The position numbers were made by a program, and so were the translations under genes. The notes beneath the pieces are model-generated. The model saw nothing but the letters and a program-made list of their open reading frames with translations, did no database searches and was not told the origin of the DNA. From Micropepsaceae bacterium (GTDB lineage: Bacteria; Pseudomonadota; Alphaproteobacteria; Micropepsales; Micropepsaceae), in assembly GCA_044220975.1 (NCBI GenBank), contig JBGAPZ010000019.1, positions 2,138 to 66,137 on the forward strand: a DNA stretch of 64,000 nt, given 5' to 3'. Below, piece after piece: positions 36,137 to 45,847 of the stretch (position 1 is its first letter; every line of letters begins with the position of its first letter).

Positions 36137-37636
36137 ATGGCTGACAAGGGCACGCAGGGCGTCAGTTACGAGAAAGTCGGTGACGAGTATTTTCAGAAGC
36201 GCAAGCTGCGTCGCTATGCGGGCGTTTGGTCGCTTTGGGCGTTGGGTGTCGGTGCAGTCATTTCCGGTCAGTTTTCGGGTTGGAATTACGGGCTCGCGTT
36301 CGGGTGGGGCTCGATGTTCGCTGCGACGATCATCATCTCCATCATGTATCTGGGGCTGACCTATTCCATCGCGGAAATGGCGACGGCGTTGCCGCATACG
36401 GGCGGGGCCTATTCGTTCGCCCGCTCGGCGATGGGGCCTTGGGGCGGGTTCGTGACCGGGGTCGCGGAAAACATCGAGTACGTGCTGACGCCGGCGGTGG
36501 TCGTGTTCTTTATCGGCTCGTATATGGGTGCGATTTTGGAGACGCCGCCGGAGTTTCAACCGGTCTATTGGATATTGGGCTACGGCATTTTCGTGGCCGC
36601 CAATTTGTTCGGCGTCGAGTTGTCGTTCCGGGTGACGGTGTTCGTGACGCTGCTGGCGCTTGCGTGCCTCGTCTTCTTCTACATCGCGGCACTCCCGAAC
36701 ATGGATTTCGGCCGCTGGGCGATGAATGTGACGGCGGGACCCGATGGGGCCTTGATCGAAGCGCCGGAAGGCAACGGACCTTGGTTCCCAGCCGGGATGC
36801 ACGGCGTGCTCGCGGCGTTGCCGTTCGCAGTGTGGCTCTATCTTGCGATCGAGCAATTGCCGCTCGCGTCGGAAGAATCGATCGATCCGAAGCGCGATAT
36901 GCCGAGCGGCATCTTGTTCGGCATCTTCACGCTGATGGCGAGCGCGTTCGCAGTGCTGCTGCTCAATTCGAGCATCTCACCGGGATCGTGGGGCTTGCGC
37001 GCATCGGGCGAGCCATTGCTCGAGGGCTTCCGCACTTTGTTCGGGACGAACCTTGCGAAGGTTTTGGCGTTGGTTGCGATCGCGGGTTTGGTCGCGAGTT
37101 TCCATGCGATCATCTTCGCATTCGGACGGCAAATCTACTCGCTGTCGCGCGCAGGATATTTCCCGCGCTTCTTATCGGTGACCCACGGCACCCATCAAAC
37201 ACCGCACGTGGCGCTGATCACCGGCGCGCTGGTCGGGCTCGCGGTGATGCTGTTCGTTTGGTACGTCTATGGCGCAGACAAAGGCGGCGCCTTTATAGGT
37301 GGCGCTCTGCTCAACATGGCTGTCTTCGGCGCGATGATTTCCTATGTGCTCCAGGCAGTATCCTTCATCATGCTGCGTACGCGAATGCCGGGTATCGAGC
37401 GGCCCTATCGTAGTCCGTTCGGCATGGTGGGCGCGGGGCTCACGCTGATCATCGCGTTGGTGACGATTTACTTCCAGGTGACCGACGCGGCGTTCCAAGT
37501 GCCGGTTCTGGCTGTCGCCATCTACTATGCGATCATGATCCTCTACTTTGCCGTGTTTGGGCGCACGCAACTGGTGCTGTCGCCCGAGGAGGAATTCGCC
37601 ATGTCGCACGGTAAGGCGGACTACAAGAGCCACTGA
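36137..37636 (+). CDS. APC-superfamily amino acid/ethanolamine permease (Eat-like)
   Basis: YFQKRKLRRYAGVWSLWALGVGAVISGQFSGWN resembles ethanolamine permeases. RBS GAGGGAGAG lies before the ATG at 36137. Confidence 0.8.
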   Translation: MADKGTQGVSYEKVGDEYFQKRKLRRYAGVWSLWALGVGAVISGQFSGWNYGLAFGWGSMFAATIIISIMYLGLTYSIAEMATALPHTGGAYSFARSAMGPWGGFVTGVAENIEYVLTPAVVVFFIGSYMGAILETPPEFQPVYWILGYGIFVAANLFGVELSFRVTVFVTLLALACLVFFYIAALPNMDFGRWAMNVTAGPDGALIEAPEGNGPWFPAGMHGVLAALPFAVWLYLAIEQLPLASEESIDPKRDMPSGILFGIFTLMASAFAVLLLNSSISPGSWGLRASGEPLLEGFRTLFGTNLAKVLALVAIAGLVASFHAIIFAFGRQIYSLSRAGYFPRFLSVTHGTHQTPHVALITGALVGLAVMLFVWYVYGADKGGAFIGGALLNMAVFGAMISYVLQAVSFIMLRTRMPGIERPYRSPFGMVGAGLTLIIALVTIYFQVTDAAFQVPVLAVAIYYAIMILYFAVFGRTQLVLSPEEEFAMSHGKADYKSH

Positions 37637-37713
37637 CGGTGGAGTGACGTTTGAAGGAGGTTGCGCGCGGGCGCAGCCTCCTTTCTATTTGGGCGACATT
37701 TCGGAGCGCCCCC

Positions 37714-39081
37714 ATGGACCCCCGCCAAGTCAAGACCGCCGCGGATGCGCGCGCCATCGTCGAGGCGCGTAATCTCTCGCACGTCAAAGTCGGCGTGTTC
37801 GACATCGACGGCGTGTTGCGCGGCAAATACATGGCGCGCGACAAATTCTTCTCCGCGCTCGAGAAAGGGTTCGGGTTTTGCGACGTCGTCTTGGGGTGGG
37901 ACTCGAACGATCAGCTGTACGACAACGTGAAGCTGACCGGGTGGCATACGGCCTATCCGGACGCGAACGTGCGCGTGTTGCCGGAGACGTGCCGCGCCAT
38001 TCCGTTCGAGGGCGAAATGTTGATGTTCCTGGCGGAGTTCGAGGGCCGGGCCGAGGAATGTTGTCCGCGCGGACTTTTGCGGCGCGTGGTCAAGCGTGCC
38101 GGCGACATGGGCTTTGCTGTGAACGCGTCGGCGGAGTTCGAGTTCTTCGTCTTCGACGAGACGCCGCAGTCGGTGCGCGACAAGAACTATCGGGGCCTGA
38201 AGAATTGGACGCCGGGGTACTTCGGCTATTCGGCGTTGCGCTCGTCGGTGAACGCGGAGTTTTATCACGAGTTGATGAAGCTCGGGCGCGAGATGGATTT
38301 TCCGTTGGAGGGTTTGCACACCGAGACCGGGCCTGGCGTTCTGGAAGCGGCGATCGAGTATTGCGAGGCGGTGGCAGCCGCCGACCGGGCGGCGCTCTTC
38401 AAGACGTTCTGCAAGGTGATTGCCGAGCGGCGCGGTTTGATGGCTACGTTCATGGCGAAGTGGTCGCGCGACTGGCCGGGGCAGTCGGGGCACCTGCATG
38501 TTTCGCTCGTCGACAAAAAGGGCAAGTCCGCGTTCTACGACGAGAAGGGCGCACACCATATGTCTGATACGATGCGCTGGTTCGTCGGTGGGCAGCAGAA
38601 GCTGATGCCCGAGTTGCTCGCGATGATCGCTTGCACCGTGAATTCGTACACGCGCTTGATTCCGGGCTTTTGGGCGCCGACGGACGCGACATGGGGCTTT
38701 GAGAACAGGACGTGTGCGCTGCGTGTGATCGGAGGGTCTGCCAAGAGCCAGCGCGTCGAGTACAGGATCGCTGCGGCCGACATCAATCCCTATATCGCGC
38801 TGGCCTGTGCGATCGGGTCGGGGCTTTGGGGGATTGAAAACAGGGTCGAGCCCGACGCCGCGATCGAAGGGAATGCGTACGAGAAGAAATCGCCGAAGAG
38901 CCGCGCTTTGCCGCGGACGCTGTATGAGGCGGCCGAACGCTTGGAAGCGTCGAAGCCTGCGCGCAGTCTGTTCGGCGACGCGTTCGTGGAGCATTATGCG
39001 GCGACACGGAAATGGGAAGAGCGCGAGTTCCGCAAGGCGATTACGGATTGGGAATTGGCGCGGTATTTCGAGATCATCTGA
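37714..39081 (+). CDS. Glutamine synthetase-family enzyme, gamma-glutamyl-amine synthetase-like (PuuA/GlnA-like paralogue)
   Basis: GS catalytic-domain signatures (EFEFFVF, HTETGPGVLE, GQSGHLHVSL, NRTCALRV). I chose the ATG at 37714. Confidence 0.85.
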   Translation: MDPRQVKTAADARAIVEARNLSHVKVGVFDIDGVLRGKYMARDKFFSALEKGFGFCDVVLGWDSNDQLYDNVKLTGWHTAYPDANVRVLPETCRAIPFEGEMLMFLAEFEGRAEECCPRGLLRRVVKRAGDMGFAVNASAEFEFFVFDETPQSVRDKNYRGLKNWTPGYFGYSALRSSVNAEFYHELMKLGREMDFPLEGLHTETGPGVLEAAIEYCEAVAAADRAALFKTFCKVIAERRGLMATFMAKWSRDWPGQSGHLHVSLVDKKGKSAFYDEKGAHHMSDTMRWFVGGQQKLMPELLAMIACTVNSYTRLIPGFWAPTDATWGFENRTCALRVIGGSAKSQRVEYRIAAADINPYIALACAIGSGLWGIENRVEPDAAIEGNAYEKKSPKSRALPRTLYEAAERLEASKPARSLFGDAFVEHYAATRKWEEREFRKAITDWELARYFEII

Positions 39082-39088
39082 GGTCATC

Positions 39089-40477
39089 ATGACGGACATC
39101 GTTTGCATATCGCCGATCGACGGGCGGGAGGTGGCGCGCCGGCCAGTGGCCAGCGATGCGCAGATCGATGCGGCGTTGAAGGCCGCGCGCGCGGCGCAAC
39201 GCGAATGGGCGAAGGTTTCGATCAAGGACCGGTGCGCGTTCGCGCTCAAGTTCATGGACGCAATGATGGCCATGAACCAGGAGATCGTGCCGGAGTTGGC
39301 CGAGCAGATGGGCCGGCCGGTGCGGTTCGGCGGCGAGTTCCGCGGCTTTGAAGAGCGCGTTCGCTATATGGCGATGATCGCCGAGGATTCGCTCAAGCCG
39401 GTGTTGCCGGCCGATCCGAAGGCGGGCTTCAAGCGGATGATCAAGCGCATGCCGGCGGGCATCGTGTTTGTGGTCGCGCCCTGGAACTATCCTTATCTGA
39501 CGGCGGTAAACACGATCGTACCGGCATTGATCGCCGGTAATACGGTGATCTTGAAGCACGCCTCGCAGACGATCTTGGTCGGTGAGCGGTTCGATCAGGC
39601 GATGAAGAAGGCCGGCGCGCCGAAGGGCCTGTTCGCCAATATCGTGCTGAGCCACGATCAGACGACGCGCCTGCTGTCGTCCGGATCGGTCGACCATGTG
39701 AACTTCACGGGGTCGGTCGAAGGCGGCAAGGCGATCGAGCGGGCCGCGGCCGGTACGTTCACCACCATGGGTCTCGAACTCGGCGGCAAAGATCCGGCCT
39801 ATGTGCGGGCGGACGTGAAGCTCGACCACGCGGTCGAGAACTTGGTCGATGGTGCGTTCTACAATTCCGGCCAATGCTGCTGCGGGATCGAGCGCATCTA
39901 CGTGCACGAGGCGGTCTATGACAAATTTCTGGATGGGTTTGTGAGCCTGACAGGCCAATACGTGCTCGGCAATCCGATGGACGAGAAGACGACGTTGGGA
40001 CCGATGGCGCACACGCGCTTTGCGGAAACCGTACGCAAGCAGACGAAAGAGGCGCTGGCCAAGGGTGCCAAGCCGCATATCGACTTCAAGTCGTTCGCAG
40101 CCAACAAGGACGGTTCGCCCTATCTGGCGCCGCAGGTTTTGACGAATGTCGATCACTCGATGAGCGTGATGATGGAGGAGAGCTTCGGTCCGGTCGTCGG
40201 CATCATGAAAGTGAAGTCGGACGAAGAGGCGATCCGGTTGATGAACGATTCGCCGTATGGCCTCACCGCCGGCATTTGGACGAGCGATTTGGAGGCGGCG
40301 GAGCGGATCGGCGATCAGGTCGAGACGGGAACGGTGTTTATGAACCGCTGCGATTACCTCGATCCGGCGCTTGCATGGACGGGTGTGAAGGATACCGGGC
40401 GCGGTGCGTCGCTGTCGCCGATCGGGTACGAGATGCTGACGCGGCCGAAGTCCTATCATTTGAGACACGCTCTATGA
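39089..40477 (+). CDS. NAD(P)-dependent aldehyde dehydrogenase
   Basis: ELGGKDP and NSGQCCCGIERIYV catalytic-Cys motifs. Confidence 0.9.
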   Translation: MTDIVCISPIDGREVARRPVASDAQIDAALKAARAAQREWAKVSIKDRCAFALKFMDAMMAMNQEIVPELAEQMGRPVRFGGEFRGFEERVRYMAMIAEDSLKPVLPADPKAGFKRMIKRMPAGIVFVVAPWNYPYLTAVNTIVPALIAGNTVILKHASQTILVGERFDQAMKKAGAPKGLFANIVLSHDQTTRLLSSGSVDHVNFTGSVEGGKAIERAAAGTFTTMGLELGGKDPAYVRADVKLDHAVENLVDGAFYNSGQCCCGIERIYVHEAVYDKFLDGFVSLTGQYVLGNPMDEKTTLGPMAHTRFAETVRKQTKEALAKGAKPHIDFKSFAANKDGSPYLAPQVLTNVDHSMSVMMEESFGPVVGIMKVKSDEEAIRLMNDSPYGLTAGIWTSDLEAAERIGDQVETGTVFMNRCDYLDPALAWTGVKDTGRGASLSPIGYEMLTRPKSYHLRHAL

Positions 40478-41640
40478 CTCAGAAAGCGAATTGGAACTAT
40501 CCGACGAGCGTGCGCTTCGGCGCTGGGCGCATCGCGGAGCTTGCCGACGCTTGCAAGGCCGCCGGTATGGCGCGGCCGTTGTTCGTAACCGATCCGGGAC
40601 TGGCGGCGTTGCCGATGACGCGTGCGGCGATCGATGCGCTTAAGGCTGCGGGGCTGGGCGTCGGTGTGTTCTCGGAGATCAAATCGAATCCGGTCGAGTC
40701 GAATGTCGCTGCCGGCGTTGCCGTTCTGCGTGGTGGTAAGCACGACGGCGTCATCGCGTTCGGGGGCGGTTCGGCGCTCGACGTCGGCAAGGTGATCGCA
40801 TTCATGGCCGGTCAGACGCGTCCGATGTGGGACTTCGAAGATGTCGGCGATTGGTGGACGCGCGCCGACCCGAAGGGGATCGCGCCGGTGATTGCTGTTC
40901 CCACGACTTCCGGGACCGGCTCGGAGGTCGGCCGTGCAGGTGTCATCACGCAGGAAGCGACGCACACGAAGAAGGTGATCTTTCACCCCAAGATGATGCC
41001 GGTCACGACGATCTGCGATCCAGCGCTGACGGTCGGGCTGCCTGCGAATATTACGGCGGCGACGGGCATGGATGCGTTCGCTCATTGTCTTGAGGCCTAT
41101 TGCGCGCCGGGATTTCATCCGTTGGCCGATGGCGTGGCCGTCGAAGGTATGCGGCTGGTGCGCGAGAACTTGGCGCGTGCCGTGAAAACGGGCGGCGATC
41201 TGGAGGCGCGCGGGAATATGATGGCGGCGGCCGCCATGGGTGCTACCGCTTTTCAGAAGGGTCTCGGCGCGATCCATGCGCTTTCGCATCCCATCGGTGC
41301 GCTCTACGACACGCATCATGGGCTGACCAACGCTGTCTTCATGCCGTATGTGCTCAGCTTCAATCGCAAAGCGATCGAGGGCAAGATCGCGCGGCTTGCG
41401 GCGTATATCGGGCTTGGCGCCTCGTTCGATGCGTTCCAGGGCTTTGTGCTCAGCTTGCGCGACGAGGTCGGCATTCCGCATACGTTGAAGGGGCTGAAAG
41501 TCGACGACCGACAAGCCAAGTTGATCGCGGAGATGGCGATCGTCGATCCGACCGCGGGCGGCAATCCGATTGCGCTTGATGTGGCGGGCGCGCGGCGTAT
41601 CTTCGACATGGCGCTTAACGGTGATTTGAAAACAGTATGA
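40474..41640 (+). CDS. Iron-containing (group III) alcohol dehydrogenase
   Basis: GGGSALD and the His-rich metal-site region (HCLEAY...HALSHP). ATGA overlap with the ALDH stop. Confidence 0.9.
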   Translation: MTQKANWNYPTSVRFGAGRIAELADACKAAGMARPLFVTDPGLAALPMTRAAIDALKAAGLGVGVFSEIKSNPVESNVAAGVAVLRGGKHDGVIAFGGGSALDVGKVIAFMAGQTRPMWDFEDVGDWWTRADPKGIAPVIAVPTTSGTGSEVGRAGVITQEATHTKKVIFHPKMMPVTTICDPALTVGLPANITAATGMDAFAHCLEAYCAPGFHPLADGVAVEGMRLVRENLARAVKTGGDLEARGNMMAAAAMGATAFQKGLGAIHALSHPIGALYDTHHGLTNAVFMPYVLSFNRKAIEGKIARLAAYIGLGASFDAFQGFVLSLRDEVGIPHTLKGLKVDDRQAKLIAEMAIVDPTAGGNPIALDVAGARRIFDMALNGDLKTV

Positions 41641-42503
41641 GTTCTCCCCGACTTCTTGTCGTCGAAGGCAACACGGCCGAGGGCCGGAAGTGGCATGCGG
41701 AGGCCGGCGGACGGATCGCCAGCGACAAGTACTCCGACGTGCTGCGCAAGCTGTGTCCGGCCGCGCGCGTCGATGTGTGCTTTCCGGCGGATTTGGGTGC
41801 GAACCTTCCTGATCGTGGTGGGATCGAGGGCTATGACGGCGTCGCGATCACGGGTTCTGCGCTGCACATCTACGATCTTGGTCCGTCGATCATGCGGCAA
41901 GTGGAGCTGGCGCGCGCTGTCTTTGAGACGGAGACGCCGTTCTTCGGCTCGTGCTGGGGCTTGCAGGTGGCGACGGTGGCCGCCGGCGGCACGGTGCGCA
42001 AGAATCCCAAGGGACGCGAACTCGGCTTTGCGCGCGGCATTATGCTGACGGAAGCGGGCGAGGAGCACGACCTCTTTTGGGACAAGCCGCCTGTGTTCGA
42101 TGCGATTACCGTTCACCTCGACGAGGTCGAGGAGACGGCGCGCGGGACCACGATCCTCGCCACGAACGCCGTGAGTGCGGTGCAGGCAGCGGAGATCAAG
42201 ACCCGGCGGTGTACGTTTTGGGGCGTGCAGTATCACCCGGAGTATTCGTTTAGCGACATCGCGATCATCACGAAGCGCGTGAAGCCGATGGCGATCGAAC
42301 AAGGGCTGTTCAAGGGCGACGTCGATCACGCGAGTTATGTGCGCGAGCTCGAGGCGCTTGAGAGCAACCCGAAGGACAGTGCCTTGACCTGGCGCCACGG
42401 GATCAGCGCGGCCGTGTACGACTTTGGCGCTCGCACGCAGGAGCTCAAGAACTGGATCGAGCGGTACGTGCTGCCGATGCGGAGCAAACGCGGGCGCGTC
42501 TGA
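41637..42503 (+). CDS. Class I glutamine amidotransferase-like hydrolase (candidate gamma-glutamyl-amide hydrolase)
   Basis: Nucleophile-elbow GSCWGLQV and a downstream H-P-E (QYHPE). ATGA overlap with the ADH stop. Confidence 0.75.
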   Translation: MSSPRLLVVEGNTAEGRKWHAEAGGRIASDKYSDVLRKLCPAARVDVCFPADLGANLPDRGGIEGYDGVAITGSALHIYDLGPSIMRQVELARAVFETETPFFGSCWGLQVATVAAGGTVRKNPKGRELGFARGIMLTEAGEEHDLFWDKPPVFDAITVHLDEVEETARGTTILATNAVSAVQAAEIKTRRCTFWGVQYHPEYSFSDIAIITKRVKPMAIEQGLFKGDVDHASYVRELEALESNPKDSALTWRHGISAAVYDFGARTQELKNWIERYVLPMRSKRGRV

Positions 42504-42511
42504 AGCTTCTA

Positions 42512-45500
42512 TCAGTGAAAGTTCCTTCCTTTCGGCATGACGGCGTGGACTTTGGTAGCGGCGCGGGCGTCGTATTCGACGACCGGCTGCAGCGGGCGGA
42601 CGTTGCGCGGGTGTTTGTGCAGCTGCGCGCGTTTTGCGCCCGGTGAGGTGCCTGAGTCGGGGGCGGGGCGTTTGACTTCGTCGGCGCGCGACATCGGTTC
42701 CAACACGCTTGTGTCGGCATGAAGGTCGCTTAGCATCGGCGTCAGATCTTCGATGTGATCGGCGATCACGTGGATGACACCGCTTTCGCTTTGCATCTTG
42801 CCGCGTACGGCGGCGAAGCGTGCGCCCAGGACCTGCGGACGGTACTCCTCGAACATCTTCGGCCAGACGACGACGTTGGCGACGCCGGTTTCGTCTTCGA
42901 GCGTCATGAAGATGACCCCCGATGCCGTGCCTGGACGCTGACGCACGAGAATGAGGCCCGCAACGGTGACGGCGCGGCCGTCTTTGACCGTCGACAGCGA
43001 CGCATTTTCGACGATCTGGCGTGCGTTCAATTGATCGCGCAGGAACGAGACGGGATGCGCTTTCAGCGAGAGATGCAGATGACGGTAATCTTCGACCACG
43101 TGTTCGCCGAGATGCATTGTGGGGAGCGCGAAGTCGGGTTCGTGATTGCGCGCGGAGGCTGCCGCGAGCAGCGGCAGGTCGTCCTTATCGCCGGTGCGGC
43201 GCAGGCCGCGGACCGCCCATAGCGCTTCGCGGCGGTCGAGGCCGATGGAGCGGAACGCGTCCGCGTCGGCAAGGCGCTCGAGCGTGGAGGGGTCGAGCCC
43301 GGTGCGCAGCCAGAGGTCGCGAATGGAGTCGTAGCCTTCGCCGCGGCGTTGTTCGATGAGCGTCGCGTCCGCTTCGACGAAGCCTGAGATCTGCCGGAAG
43401 CCGAGACGCATTGCGTGCGTGGTGCGAATGTCGCCTGTCATGTCAGCGTGACGTGGGTGAATTTTCATCACGGTGTCGTGCGACATGGGCTCAAGCGTAT
43501 TGTTCCAGCGCGAGTTGTTGATGTCGGCTGGGCGCATTTCGACGCCGTGTTCTTGGGCGTCGCGGACGATTTGGGCCGGGGCATAGAAGCCCATGGGTTG
43601 CGAGTTCAGCAGTGCGGCGGCGAAGACGTCGGGGTAGTGGCACTTGATCCAGCAGGAATAATAGACGAGCAGCGCGAAGCTGGCGGCGTGGCTTTCGGGG
43701 AAGCCGTAGTCGCCGAAGCCTTTGATCTGTTCGAAGCAGCGGGCGGCGAAGTCGGGCTCGTAGCCGTTCGCAACCATGCCGTCGATGAATTTGTCTTCGA
43801 AGGATTTGATCGTGCCCAAATGACGGAACGTCGCCATGGAGCGGCGCAGGCGATCTGCTTCGGCTGGTGTGAACTTCGCGGCGACGATTGCGATGCGCAT
43901 CGCTTGTTCTTGGAACAGCGGGACGCCCAGCGTGTTCTTTAGAACCTCTTCGAGTTCGGGTTTCGGGTAGTGGACCTTTTCCTTGTTTTGGCGGCGGCGC
44001 AGATAGGGGTGCACCATGCCGCCTTGGATCGGGCCGGGACGTACGATCGCGACCTCGATGACGAGGTCGTAGAATTTTTCGGGACGAAGGCGCGGTAGCA
44101 TCGACATTTGCGCGCGACTTTCGATTTGGAACACACCGATCGTGTCGGCCCGGCAGATCATCCGGTATACGTCAGGCTCTTCCTTCGGAATTGCGGCGAG
44201 GGCGGGTTCGAGACCGTAGTGATCGTGCAGCATCTCGAGCGCTTTGCGGATGCAGGAGAGCATCCCGAGCGCGAGCACGTCTACCTTGAGGATGCCGAGC
44301 GCATCGAGGTCGTCTTTGTCCCATTCGACGACGGTGCGCTTTTCCATTGCGGCATTTGAAACCGGGATCACTTCGTCGAGCCGTCCGCGCGTCATGACGA
44401 AGCCGCCGACGTGCTGCGAGAGGTGGCGCGGAAAGTCGATGAGTTCCTGCGCCAGCATGAGTGCTTGGGAAAGGCGCTTGTCCGTGGGATCGAGGCCGAT
44501 GCGGCGGACTTCGTTCTCGATCGGTGCTTCGGTGGACCAGCCCCAGAGCGTGCCGGCGAGCGCGCCGATCGTATCTTCAGAGAGGCCGAATGCTTTGCCG
44601 ACGTCGCGGATCGCGCTTCTGCCGCGATAGCAGATGACAGTGGCGGCGAGGCCCGCACGTTCGCGGCCGTAACGCTCATAGATGTATTGGATCACTTCCT
44701 CGCGCCGCTCGTGTTCGAAGTCGACGTCGATGTCGGGCGGTTCTTTCCGTTCGGCGGAGACGAAGCGTTCGAACAAAAGATCCACCTGCGTCGGATCGAC
44801 CTCGGTGACGCCGAGGCAGTAGCAGACGACGGAGTTCGCGGCCGAGCCGCGGCCTTGGCAGAGGATTTTTTCTGAGCGCGCGAAACGGACGATGTCGTGG
44901 ACGGTGAGGAAGTAGGGTGCGTAGTTCAGTTCGCCGATGAGCTTCAGTTCGTGGTCGAGCGCGTGGCGGACTTTCGGCGCGAGGCCACCCGGGAAGCGAT
45001 GGCGGGCGCCTTCTTCGGCGTAGTGGACGAGCGCCTCTTGCGTGCTTGCGAAACCTTCCTGGGCTTCATGCGGGTATTCGTAGCGTAGATCGTCGAGCTT
45101 GAAGCGGAGGCGTTCGGCAAAGCGGATCGTCTCGTCGATGGCGTTCGGAATTTGGCGATAGAGGCGGGCGATTTCGGTCGGCGCTTTCAGGTGACGTTCG
45201 GCGTTCGCCTCAAGCCTGAAGCCGGCGGCATCGAGCGTCGTGCGTTCGCGGATGCAAGTCAGCACGTCTTGCAGCACGCGGCGCTCGGGCGCGTGGTAGA
45301 GCACATCGTTCGCTGCGATCAGCGGAACATTGTGGCGGCGGCTGAGTGCGATCAGGCGCTTGACGTGGCGTTGATCGTCGCCGGTGTAGCGCAGCGTCGC
45401 GGCGAGCCAGATCGGCATGCCGCTTAAGCGATCGAGCGTTGGGCCTGCGGTTTCCGCGTTCGGGTGCGGTGGCATGAGGATGAGCTGCAGGCCTTCGCTG

Positions 45501-45847
45501 AACTCGATCAGATCGTCGAGGCAGAGGATGCAGTCGCCCTTTTCTGCGCGATGGTTGCCCACTGATAGCAAGCGTGTCATGCGACCGTAGGCGGCGCGAT
45601 CTTGCGGGTAGGCGAGGATGTCCGGCGTGCCGTCGGCGAAGACGAGCCTGGTGCCGACATGGAGCGGGAAGTTCAGCTCTTTCGCTTGCGTGTAGGCGCG
45701 AACCACGCCGGCGACCGAGTTGCGGTCGGCGATGCCGATCGCGGCGTGTCCGAGGTCGTGCGCTTGTTTGACGAGTTCTTTCGGGTGCGATCCGCCGCGC
45801 AGGAACGCGTAGTTCGTGGTGGTGACGAACTCGATATAGCGGGTCAT
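42512..45847 (-). CDS. dnaE2: Error-prone DNA polymerase III alpha homologue DnaE2 (ImuC)
   Basis: PHP domain start YIEFVTTTNYAFLRGGSHP and a full-length Pol III alpha core. It follows imuB. I chose the ATG at 45847. Confidence 0.95.
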   Translation of the reverse strand: MTRYIEFVTTTNYAFLRGGSHPKELVKQAHDLGHAAIGIADRNSVAGVVRAYTQAKELNFPLHVGTRLVFADGTPDILAYPQDRAAYGRMTRLLSVGNHRAEKGDCILCLDDLIEFSEGLQLILMPPHPNAETAGPTLDRLSGMPIWLAATLRYTGDDQRHVKRLIALSRRHNVPLIAANDVLYHAPERRVLQDVLTCIRERTTLDAAGFRLEANAERHLKAPTEIARLYRQIPNAIDETIRFAERLRFKLDDLRYEYPHEAQEGFASTQEALVHYAEEGARHRFPGGLAPKVRHALDHELKLIGELNYAPYFLTVHDIVRFARSEKILCQGRGSAANSVVCYCLGVTEVDPTQVDLLFERFVSAERKEPPDIDVDFEHERREEVIQYIYERYGRERAGLAATVICYRGRSAIRDVGKAFGLSEDTIGALAGTLWGWSTEAPIENEVRRIGLDPTDKRLSQALMLAQELIDFPRHLSQHVGGFVMTRGRLDEVIPVSNAAMEKRTVVEWDKDDLDALGILKVDVLALGMLSCIRKALEMLHDHYGLEPALAAIPKEEPDVYRMICRADTIGVFQIESRAQMSMLPRLRPEKFYDLVIEVAIVRPGPIQGGMVHPYLRRRQNKEKVHYPKPELEEVLKNTLGVPLFQEQAMRIAIVAAKFTPAEADRLRRSMATFRHLGTIKSFEDKFIDGMVANGYEPDFAARCFEQIKGFGDYGFPESHAASFALLVYYSCWIKCHYPDVFAAALLNSQPMGFYAPAQIVRDAQEHGVEMRPADINNSRWNNTLEPMSHDTVMKIHPRHADMTGDIRTTHAMRLGFRQISGFVEADATLIEQRRGEGYDSIRDLWLRTGLDPSTLERLADADAFRSIGLDRREALWAVRGLRRTGDKDDLPLLAAASARNHEPDFALPTMHLGEHVVEDYRHLHLSLKAHPVSFLRDQLNARQIVENASLSTVKDGRAVTVAGLILVRQRPGTASGVIFMTLEDETGVANVVVWPKMFEEYRPQVLGARFAAVRGKMQSESGVIHVIADHIEDLTPMLSDLHADTSVLEPMSRADEVKRPAPDSGTSPGAKRAQLHKHPRNVRPLQPVVEYDARAATKVHAVMPKGRNFH

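Noticed and set aside
37621-39273. 550-aa minus-strand ORF
   Set aside because: It is antisense to the GS-like gene and the ALDH start. It is Arg/Pro-rich and has no family features.
39074-42398. Series of long minus-strand ORFs (39074..40468, 40456..41514, 41316..42398)
   Set aside because: Each is antisense to a well-supported plus-strand enzyme gene (ALDH, Fe-ADH, amidotransferase), and none has recognisable motifs.
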